DNA of 61,809 nucleotides, filler included, from Diploschistes diacapsis (Eukaryota), in NCBI GenBank assembly GCA_023645945.1. It is 10 parts of 10 records of this genome, joined end to end, with 100 filler letters (N's around TTAATTAATTAA, not from the genome) between each part and the next. Parts side by side here need not be neighbours in the genome. Positions count along the whole stretch, not along the records: positions 1 to 26,339 come from JALAIB010000183.1; 9 more parts are not named here. One strand, written 5' to 3'. The first letter of the stretch is position 1. Every line of letters begins with the position of its first letter. This document shows positions 1 through 10,420 of this stretch, one piece after another. A program made the position numbers and the translations under genes. The notes under the pieces were generated by a model. The model did no database searches. It worked only from the letters and a program-made list of their open reading frames with translations, and had not been told where the DNA came from.

Positions 1-229
1 ATATATATGAAACTAATAATCGCTATAAATAACTTAAAGAAACTTTATTTATTTATAAATAACGTTCGAAAACGTGGTCATTCGTAAATTATATTATAGA
101 ATATAATATATAAATCTAAAAATCGTAAACATAGAATTTAATTATATATATATCTTTTAAGATAATCCTTCTATATATAAAAACCCGTTATAAATAATAT
201 TCGTAAATTAATTCTATATATTTATAAAC

Positions 230-618
230 TATAATATACCGACATTAATATTATTATTTATTACATTTATCGCTACATTCTCGGCCATTTTTTTATAAAC
301 ACGAACATTACATTATCGTAATATATTTACGAATACGAACACCGTAATTAAAAATTTCTCGACACGGACATTAACACGGATATTATATTATAATAGAAAT
401 ACGGACAGGGATACCGTAATTAAAATTTTCTCGATACGGATATTAACACGAACATTATATTATAATAAAAGTACGGACACGGACACTATAATTAAAAAAT
501 TTAAAATATTAATACTAACACGGACATTACATTATAGTAAATTTATTAACACGGACATTACGGCTAAAAATTTTAAAACACGGATACTGCCACGGCCGTG
601 TCCGTGACGGCCAGCCTA
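230..618. mobile_element. End of a hAT-like DNA transposon (TIR plus ACACGG subterminal repeats), RIP-mutated
   Basis: Many ACACGGA(C/T)A(C/T)T repeats end in CCGTGTCCGTGACGGCCAGCCTA (596-618), the exact reverse complement of 10169-10191. TAGG terminus. The left boundary is approximate. Confidence 0.7.
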
Positions 619-2005
619 GCACTGTTTCCCTATTACACTATATATAGGTGCGTGGCTGTGGTAGCAGGGGGACCTGAACTTTAGGGCGCATTTTTGGATG
701 TTATAACTATCTTCCTTCCCTATAGTACTGGCCTCTAGCATCTATCACGTCTTATATAGCGCCTCGAGTATGTTAGATATCTTAAGCCGTTTTAAATATT
801 TACGTTATAGACTTAGAGGCGGGATTACCTAGCCGCACTTAGGGTTAATCGTATATTTTATATGACGTTAATTCCGTAGGGTAGCACGTTTAATCGTAGC
901 GTAATAAATTCGACGTATTATCCCCGTTCGTGTTCGAACCAACGATTTAAAGAATGAAAATATAACTATAATAACGAGAATAATGCTTACCAGGGTAACG
1001 CTATCCTACTAAACTAAAAGATTAATATAATGCTTTTAAGAACCCCGAAGCACTGGGTCCCTATTACACTATATGTAGGTGCGTGGCTGTGGCAGCAGGG
1101 GGACCTGAACCCCAGGACGCACCTTTGGGCGTTACAGCTATCTCCCCTCCCCACAGTGCTGGCCCCCCAGCACCTACCACGTCTCACATAGCGCCCCGAG
1201 TATGTTAGATACCTTAAACCGTTTCTGACACTTACGTTATAAATTCAGAGGCGGGGTTATCCAGCCGCACTTAAAATTAACCGTATGTTTTATATGATGT
1301 TAACCCCGTAGGATCGCACGCTCAACCGTAACGCAATAAATTCGATTATATAGGTGATAAGCCTTATGCTCGAACCAACGACCTAAAGAATAAAAGTATA
1401 ACTATAATAGCGGAAATAGTGTTTAATAGGGTAGCATTATCCTACTAAGTTAAAAGATTAACACAATGCTTTCAGGAACCCCGAAGCACTGTTTCCCTAT
1501 TATACTATATATAGGTGCGTGGCTGTGGCAGCAGGGGGACCTGAACCCCAGGGCGCACCTTTGGGCGTTATAGTTATCTTTCCTCCTTATAGTGCTGGCC
1601 CCCAGTACCTGCTACGTCTTATATAGCGCCCCGAGTATGTTGGATATTTTAAGCCGTTTCTGATATTTACGTCATGGACTTAGAGGCGGGGTTATTTAGC
1701 CGTATCTGGGGCTAACCGCATGTTTTATGTGACGTTAATCCCGTAGGGTCGCACGCTCAACCGTAGCGTAATAAACTCGACGTATTGCTTGCGCTCGTGC
1801 TCGAATCAACGACTTGGGGAATGAAAGCATAACTGTAATAGCGGGGGTAGTGCTTAATAGGGTAGCGCTATCCCACTGAGCCAAAAGATTAACATAATGC
1901 TTTCAGGAATCCCGAAGCACTGTTTCCCTATTACACTATATATGTAGGTGCGTGGCTGTGGCAGCAGGGGGACCTGAACCCCAGGGCGCACCTTTGGGTG
2001 TTACA
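619..2005 (-). mobile_element. Tandem array of a TRIM (miniature non-autonomous LTR retrotransposon): 4 LTRs and 3 internal segments
   Basis: LTRs at 619-705 (truncated), 967-1136, 1403-1572 and 1834-2005 (TGTAA...TTACA, some ends RIP-altered). Non-coding internal segments of 261-266 bp. Minus-strand polypurine tract GGGGAGGGGAGATAGC directly before an LTR (1137-1152). The same LTR occurs solo at 32990-33161. Confidence 0.85.
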
Positions 2006-2128
2006 GTTCTATTACTTACACTATTCCTTATTCGGTTTAATTAAAATTCTAAGAGGTTCAACTAAACTGAACCTCCCTCTAGAACTCAGTTGTACTTCCA
2101 GCCATGCCTTCTGCCTGTCTGCTCAACA
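2006..2128 (-). mobile_element. Partial Copia-type LTR interrupted by the TRIM array
   Basis: Aligns to the reverse complement of the LTR at 30759-30974 and ends in CTGCTCAACA, like 38423-38598. Confidence 0.7.
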
Positions 2129-2377
2129 GATTATAACATTTTGATACTTCTTTTCGAGATTAAATACCTGATCGGTACCTCGCGTCTACTTTGCATTTGT
2201 TTCATTAATCAATATTACTTAATTAAGGATTCCAACTAACATCTATTTAACACATAATATTGAAAAACCCCAGTGGTAATTACTACGTAAATCTTATTAT
2301 CCTATAACTGGCGACCTGTTAACCTAAATCGATAACGTTGTTATCGATGTCGAGTGCCGACCGTTGCGTCGCAAATA

Positions 2378-2517
2378 GCTAGCAGCTTTTAAATAAAAAC
2401 TAAGATGCCGAGCCTGAGATAAAGAATATTCGGGGTGGCAGTAGTTGGTATCGAACCCACGACCTCCCGATAAAATAGATCTTTTAGTAATTACCTTTAT
2501 TATTCGACCATAACGCC
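2378..2517 (-). repeat. tRNA-headed SINE-like repeat, copy 1 (RIP-mutated)
   Basis: Minus strand shows an A-box-like TGGTCGAAT, a T-arm GTGGGTTCGATACCAAC and a 3' acceptor strand TACTGCCA. About 60 bp of non-tRNA tail is shared with 31625-31764. Confidence 0.6.
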
Positions 2518-2716
2518 GTGAAGGCTGTTACATAACCAAATACAAAATAATTCATAACGAGATTAATGTAATAAAATCTCTATTACTGGATATAAAAAGG
2601 TTTTTGTTATTTATATTAATTAACCTATACTTAAGTCTTAAACTATAGATTCAGATTTCTCAATTCATCCAAATACCGTTCTGTCTGCACCTTTCAACGG
2701 TGATGTTGATTTTCTC

Positions 2717-5700
2717 TCACTTCCTTCCAATGAGCGCAAACTCCGCTACAGTCGCGCCGACTGCTGCGGCACTATCGTCATTCGCATTACCCTCTACCAC
2801 CAGCGTGGCCCACTTGCCGCTCCAGATGGTCTGGCCCGTGAGGTTGACGGTGGTGGTATTGCTCTGGTACGGGCCAACCCGGTTCGCCGTGCTGGCGTTG
2901 TATGGATTGCTGATGGCGATGTGGGGTACTGGGACGAAAATAACGCCGCTACTAGTGGTGACGGGAGGAGAAGATGAATTGGAGAGCAGGACGGTCGCGT
3001 TCTTTGGAGGCTGCGCGGCCCAGTTGAATTCGAAGGCAATAAGAGGCTGGAAGGGAATGGTCGACGTATCGATAGTAAGCGCAGCGGGCGCAGAGGCAAG
3101 GCTAGGCTGCCAGTTAGTAGAGATGCTACCGTCTATCGCGGCGAGTGGGAACTGTCCCGGCTCATAAGGCTGGTCGCTCGTAATGTTATGGAGGCACTGC
3201 AGGATGTTGCCTGGCACGGTCTTGTTCTTTGAAATTGCTCGATTGGGAATCGTCAGACTATCTCCTGGTGGAAGAGATAGGATTGAGGCGTTACCGGCAG
3301 GCGGATCGAGATAGACAGCGATAGGATTTGTGGCATAAGAACTGTTGGCATTTGGAAGAGGTGACGACAGCCGAGTCAAGGTCGTGAATGATGCATTCGC
3401 AGATGCTGCGATCTAATTTTGCGTCAGAAATTGTGCTTATGCAGTGGGTGTATGTGGCTCATTACGGGCCAGCCATGGAAATGGAAGGTCGGATACTTAA
3501 GGTACGGAATTTGCGGTGGTAAGCTAGGATTCACACGCAGGGTCATGTTTGTGGAGTAGCGGAGACCCAGGTAGCCGAACAAATCGACCTGCAGAGCACC
3601 TATGGAGACAGTCAATAAGACGCAGGCATACACTGCAAAGGCCTGCCTTACCGCCATGGCCAGTAAGGAAGGGAAATGCGGGGTTTGTACCGCCATTGAG
3701 AGTTGGGTTGTCAATGAGCTGCTCGGAAAAGAGAAACCACGGTTCCCGGAGGTACGGTGACCATGATCCTTGGTCATAGGTGTAATCGCTGCAACCGGAA
3801 GGAGAGACGTCGCTGCTATCAATACTGAAAATTGCATCTGCTCACGTGAGTCCATTGTGAATATATAAAATGGGGGCCGGGAAGCTTATACAAGTCATTC
3901 CTGGACCGTTGGCTGACTGGCGGCCGGCATAGTAATCAAGATCTGCGAGTTGATCTGCCAATGAATAGTTCTGGGTGACTTCGAAGGGGTATATTTTGAG
4001 CACTACGTCCGCCTGCTTAACTTCAATCGTACCATTCATTCCCTCGTACTCGAGAGAGATTTCCCCTGAAGCGGGTGTCTGGACATTCAATGCTTGTGTC
4101 TCCCAATGCGGGATAAAGCTTTGACCGACCAGTTCGCGGAAATAATTTGCTGTTTCTAGAACATTGGCTACAAGAGGCATAGTGAAACCACCGTTGTCGA
4201 CATGGTTCGCGTATTCATCGGGGTCTGTGAGATTGGTTAGAGCATATAGTGAGCCATTTTGTTGCAAAAGTTCGGAGAACATAGTAGCGATGGATTGTAT
4301 GGGATCGAAGAGATTTTGCTTCATATAGTCATAGTCACCTGTGCTTGCCCATAAGTTGAGAAATGATTTCACTATATCGCCATTCAGATGGTATTCGTAA
4401 TCGAAACATGGACCAGTGGCTGTGCAGTTGGCGTCGCGTCCACTGGTCCAGGGATAAATGGCGCTCCCTGCTGAGAAGTTTGTCTCGTTCTTGGACGATT
4501 GATAGGCTGTCTTGACATTCTGTTTGGCTTGTGGATACTGAGCTACACGGTTGTTCGATATCTGCATAGCTGCTGAGGGGAAGACAGCAGCGAGGTATGG
4601 TTGCATCCAGACCTGTCATAGGGCAATTAGTATCATCTCATGGCAACTTCATAGGTCTCACGCTTACATCTTCGTCCCAAAACCGTTGGCCTGCGTATGC
4701 GTCCGACGTCAAGCCCCCGACGCTGATCCCGTTGATGTTGACCGACGCGTTATTCACGGCCATTACGGCATTTTGACTGATGGTGTTCATGAGCAATGCG
4801 AACACGCTAACAACAGACACAATCTGCTTTTCGATAATTGCAGGTATTTCGGGCAGCTGGCCAGTAAAAGGGTCTGAGTAATTTGAAATACCATCTGCAG
4901 GTAGGACCTGGGCCCATTCCGTCTTGTGTGCTTCAAAGCTTTTGTCGTATCCATCAGACATGGCCGCTTCGGCGCTTATCTTTGCATGTTGCCGAGGATT
5001 GGAGAAAGCATCCGTGGATGCAATACCTATAAACTTGGTGACTGTTATTCCCACTTTGGCTTTCACTTGAATCGTTGCTTCCTGGGCAATGGAATAGCTG
5101 GCATCTTTAATATATGGTTTTGGAGCTGTTGATTCTGTGAAGTTTGTCGCCGTAGAGGCAACCGCGCAGGCAAATACCCAGGCCGTGACGTTGTCTACAC
5201 CAACCGGATTCACGGCACTGTAAATGAAGTTACCGTCCGAGCCCTTGTCGATGGGAATACTCCGTAATGCGTTCAGACCATCGAGGACATTGACAATGGT
5301 TACATTACAGTCTTTCGAAGCAGTCAAACGTAGCCGAACGTAAGCACGGTTTATGTGGAGCTTGTCGGCAAATGCAGTATACGATACGTTAAATGCAAGA
5401 TCAGTGCTCGCAGGTGTCCATGTGTACTGCCATTCAGCTATACCCTGCTTAAAGTCCTGTGTCAGGGTAACTTCTGAGATGTCAGAAAGGCTTGTGTTTG
5501 CGTCCAGGTAGACTCCATTTCCTAGATCCACAATCAGAGGACCCCAAGCAGGTATACCACTGATGCCTGAATCCCAGCCGTACTGAGATAGCCAGGGAAA
5601 ATTGGTCCCATTGAAGGAACCTTGCCGGTCAAAAAACCCCGACACAGTACCAAAGGTCTGTCGTTGATCGAACAAAGGCCATCCCGCACTCTCAGGAAAA

Positions 5701-5954
5701 GTTTGCACAAAAGGTCCGTTAGAGGCCATGCTCAGTCCGATGTACCCATTGCTAATGAAGGATACCGAGCGAAAGTCCGACGGCCGAATCGTTGTGGTTG
5801 TGAGACTCCATTCCTGGTTGTTCCACGTGACATCCTGGAATCTGGTGCTGTACAGTGATGATGATCCTAGGCTAGCCGTCCCAGGCTCCGAGTCTTGGCA
5901 CCAAACTTGAAGAGCAGTGAGCGCTTGGAGGGCAAGCACAAGCAAGAGAGTCAT
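2717..5954 (-). CDS. treA: Secreted GH65 acid trehalase (Ath1/TreA-like), 5 exons
   Basis: Signal peptide MTLLLVLALQAL (ATG 5954). Motifs SNGYIGL, GQRFWDEDVWMQP, WTSGR, DYEYHLNGDI, TDPDEYANHVDNG, VKQADVVL, GPGMTYAIFSI and PFLTGHGG, plus a C-terminal AIDG...W domain. Four GT-AG introns (e.g. 4613-4667) keep the frame. Confidence 0.9.
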
Positions 5955-7996
5955 GACGGGCGCCTTTGCGTAGAGAAGGATGGAGATGCTTGAGAAATGC
6001 AAATCATGGGCAATGGAAGAATATGGGGATCAAAGTTCCAGCAGAGTAGAGCAAGAGTGAAAGCATGACGGACGCCATGGGACTAGCGAAAGGTAGCATC
6101 GAGGCAGAAGCCATTGAGTCAGGCAAATAATAAAAAACCTTGAGGGTGTGATGCATCAGGCTGAGCAAATGCCCCTTGCATATTAAAATAGGAGGAAGCT
6201 TCAATTTGATGTTGGCAGCAGCTTGGGCCCGCAATCTGCATCCCCGTGAGTCTTCCATCTTCGATTTTTGTTTGTACGCTGTTAGCGGTTTTACTAACAT
6301 AGCGTTACAACGTCTGTACTCAATGGGATGTTATCCTGGAGCGCTACCAAGTGCTCGTTCTGTCGAGGTTGCTTTATCAGCGGGAGGAATTGAGCTTTTT
6401 TTGGTAAGCCAAAATACCAAAGGAACCCCTACTTGTGTGGCGCCGACTACCGCGGTGCTAACCTTTATTCTGGGGGGTACATCTCCGATGCATCTATGTA
6501 GATCGAATGGAATTGAATTCAAAGGACATGAAGACATTTATCTACTATAAATGACTTGTGGAAACCTTGGAGAAAGGCACATACAAATTTATATGGCATC
6601 TGTACGCAAGTTAACTGTCAGCCCTGCAAAGTTTTGTATGGAGAGGGGATGCACAGCAGTTGTTGCCCCTGAACCTAATCGAAACATCCTGCTTGACGGG
6701 TTTGTTTAGCGACCTGTCCATCTTGTCTACAATACCACGGTTTCTTGCACGTCAACCACGAGGCTTTACGAGTTCCCTGGCAGCATTAGTCTGCTTTATC
6801 CCCCGCCATCGATGATGCACCTTTGGCAGAGTCCCAAAACAACGCAATCGACTAACAGGCAAGGAATACATGACCTGCGAAGTGGCTGATGGAGTAGAAT
6901 CAGCAAAATTGTATAATTGGGAGCAGTACGAACGGAGATACCTACGGAATCATACATGTAAGAAGTGATCGTCGCTGCAGTGCCGCCATACGGCTCAAAT
7001 TATTACGTGCTCAAAATTTTTAGAGTTACCTTGCATCCGCTCACTTGGGAGCGGCCCAGTTTCTTACTTCTTACTTCTCATTTCTCCACTTGACCGGGAC
7101 AATTCTTTAGCATGCCTTAGTTGAGTCTGGATAGCGTCTTCCAATAAGCTTTCATTAAGGTTGATCAGTAACCTATGAAACCGCTGACCTGTGACATGTT
7201 TGTCTTTTATGCCCGTCAGCTGCCTGACGCAACGCTACCAACTGCGCAATCTAGCTTGGCGAGCCTGTGGGAGGTAGTTCTCACCCATTTTTGATGGTGC
7301 GTACATTTATCTCACTGGACGCTAAAAGACCAGAGGTCCGTTTCTGGACAATACTAGTATAGCACCTCTTGCACCAGACGGTACACTGGCCCTGTTAAAG
7401 TGCCTGCAGTATGTGATTCATCTGTCTTCCTTTGAATCAAAGCTGAGAGTTGTGCTTAATGTCCCTACTGGCAGGCTGCACACCATTCTTCCATGGCATA
7501 AAGAAATGTGCAGTGAATGCTCCGCAGCCTTGCTGCGGATACTAGGGTCTGAGAAGATGTGTCTGCCTCGTTCACGACGACAGGCTGATGAACTCCGAAA
7601 AGGGTTTGTTGGATGATGCTTCACTCACATTGAGCACACCACATCAACAATGCTACCTGGTATGCTTACATGAGGCGCACAGCTGCAGCTATTAACAGTG
7701 TCAAGGGTAAACAGGGTCATCGGAGTTTTGAGTTCTCAGAGCGCTCCAAAAACTCGAGAAAGGGGCGTGAGACAGTTATGGGACAACTCCGCAGGGGACA
7801 TCAAAGCCAAACACAAATTCTAGGCTGGGGATGCGATCTATATAAGCCCTGGATCAAGTCCGAATTTGTCTTGAAATATTCTCAAAATTTTCGTGACGAA
7901 TTCCCCAGTATTCGCTTTATTCTGAGAACTTCTCAAGGGCTTGAGTTCATTCTCATTACTTTAAGCCTCATTGAGCATTGCACTTATTCTTATAAA

Positions 7997-9356
7997 ATGG
8001 GAAACCAAAATCTTCCCAACATTGATCGAGGGCCCATGATTAGAGGCGTGAATGGCTTTCTTATAGGAATCTCCTTCCTTGCTGTCCTCATACGTTTCGT
8101 AAGCCGGAAGCTTTCCAAAGCGGGCTTGGGGTGGGATGACTGGCTCTGTTTGGCTGCCCTTGTCAGTATTGCACGAAAGAGGCCCCCTTCCGTATGCTGA
8201 TTTCTTTGAGCCCGTTGTCATCGTGATGAATGTGCTGCCTGTTATTGGTATGCTTTGGCAGGGACATTGAACCCATGCCCATTGATTATGCTTGCTGAAA
8301 AGTTTTAGCCACCTTCCATGGGCTCGGGAAACACTTCCAATACGCAGCCTGGGATGCATTCGAATACGTCCAGCTGCTCTTTTTCTTAGACCTCTTACTA
8401 GCACCGGTTGCTATAACTCTGGTCAAGGCCTCCGTCATCATTTTCTATCGCAGAACTTTCCGTACCACTAGAAAGAGTTTCAACGTGTTTCTCTGGGCTT
8501 TGCTTGGGATAGTGGTTGCCTGGCTGATTGCAATGTTCATTGTGACCATCTTCACCTGCTCGCCAATCGCTGCCCAATGGAATCCTATGGTCCACGGCTC
8601 GTGCTTAAATGCACATCAGTTTTTCTTGGGACAGACGACATCGAATACGATTATTGATTTCATTCTTTTGCTGACGCCTGCTGGCCCCCTATTCAAGCTT
8701 CATGTCTCAAAGTCTAAGAAAATTGCACTTTTCATAGTATTTGCTTTTGGCTATTTGTATGTAATCGGACTACGCGAGATGTCTTCTACTCTGACAATAT
8801 TTTCTAGTGTTCCCGTTATAGCGATCATGCGCCTTGTGACATCAAACGACATCTTTAACCTCGCTGTCGCTCACGAGTATGATGCTAATATTGATCTCGA
8901 TCTAACCTGTATGTTTTCAGTAGACTGGCCACCTGCCTTTTCGTCCACGTATCGTACATGAGCTAAAAGACATCAGGGAATTACGTCGATGCCGAGGTCT
9001 GGACCTTTGTCGAGCCTGCGGCAGGCATTGTCAGCTGCTGCATCCCAGCTTCTGGATTCCTGTTGGACTGGGCCTTAAAGCGCAGCGGCCTTTCGAGGGC
9101 CAGAAAGTCCTCTCAGGGCCAGCGATGGACTTCCGGTCAAGCTTCCAACTCAGGGTCAAGTGGCAAGACGCCCAACATCAGGAGCTTCACTCGGCTGCGG
9201 GAGCCGTCCATACGTTCAAACGGCGCGTATCTTGGAAGCAAGGCGGCAGTGATCACCGACGCAGGACCCACCAGTATGCCCAGATGCCTTGATGGCGAGG
9301 AACTGCAGCAATTACATGTTATCGATACCATTGATGTGACCTGGGAAGCAGTTTGA
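7997..9356 (+). CDS. PTH11-like / fungal rhodopsin-domain integral membrane protein, multi-exon
   Basis: Motifs RFVSRK..LGWDDWL, GLGKH, LVKASVIIFYRRTF, FTCSPIAAQWNP..GSC, IDFILLL.P and EPAAGIVSCCIP. Canonical introns, Ser-rich tail, no CFEM domain. Confidence 0.85.
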
Positions 9357-10014
9357 ATTGCCTGGGACTTCCTCTTAGAAGAGATAATCATCAGGGGATA
9401 AGTAACAGGTCATTGGATGCAAGTAGAAAGGGGAGAATTTAGGTTTTGACATTCATAGCTTTCTACATGATTCATCCATTTTCTCATTCTGTTATGTATC
9501 CGAGGTTCTCTACCGGACGCAATGCACATTAAGTGGGTTTGTCCCATTCGTATGAGATCAGTAATCACTTACGCTGTATCTTACTTCTTGCGTCGTAGAA
9601 CGGGTCCATCGGCCACCTGTCCGCCAATCTGTTATTTGGCTGGCAGAAGCCCAAGTAGGATCTATAGCATGTACAAAGTTCAAAGAAGTGGATGCAGGAG
9701 TGCTTACGTCGCCTATGCGAGGTTGCCTATGAAACACTTGGCTGGGTCTCAGTACTATGAGATGGCTTCAACTCATTGGATCCCACAAAGAGGATAGTCT
9801 AGACTGGGTAGCCTAACGCGAGACACTCATTAGTTATTCTTTTCTATCATAAATTATCGGCCGGCTACGTTATCATTAGCAATTGCATATAGCCATGAAC
9901 GGGGCGGCTGGGCTGCAATATTGTGATTCGATAGCATTGTGTGTTCAACTTGTGTCCCTAAAGATCACAAATAAAATATCTACTGCCAAGCCTTGGGGCT
10001 TAATTGGTTTATCT

Positions 10015-10168
10015 TGTAACGCCAGCCAACGCAGAGAAGGAAATTATATTATCAGAGGCTGGGCCTGACCTGGAAGAATTAATTGTATCTCTATATCCGC
10101 GGGATGAAAGGTTTCGATTCAAAAATTAAGAAAGAAATTATTTAAATAAAAAAATAGAATATATAAAT
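10015..10168 (+). repeat. LTR-like repeat fragment (same family as 52754-52965), interrupted by a hAT-like end
   Basis: Begins TGTAACGCCAGC and shares GGCTGGGCCTGA..GGAAG and AAAGAAATTATTTAAATAA with 52754-52900. Confidence 0.55.
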
Positions 10169-10420
10169 TAGGCTGGCCGTCACGGACACGGACATTATCG
10201 GTGTCCGTATCACGTATATCGCGGAATTAATATTTTTATCAAGATTTTTTAAATTTACGATATCCATTTTCGTATTCGTGTTTTAAATATTTTAATTATG
10301 ATATCGGTGTTCGTATTTCTATTTTATTATAATATCCGTATTTGTGTTCATGTTTTAAATTTTTATTTACGGTATCAGTAGCGTTTTTATAAAATTTAAA
10401 AAAATAAAAACATAAAAATT
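10169..10420. mobile_element. hAT-like transposon end (same end type as 596-618, inverted)
   Basis: TAGGCTGGCCGTCACGGACACGG followed by degenerate (C/T)CGT(G/A)T repeats in AT-rich RIP sequence. Confidence 0.7.

Noticed and set aside
230..2005. CRISPR-like array
   Set aside because: Eukaryotic context. The 'spacers' are copies of each other and the repeats are TE subterminal motifs and LTRs.
596..10191. Composite transposon carrying the trehalase and PTH11-like genes between two matching TIRs
   Set aside because: Both are the same end type and their elements extend away from the genes. No TSD.
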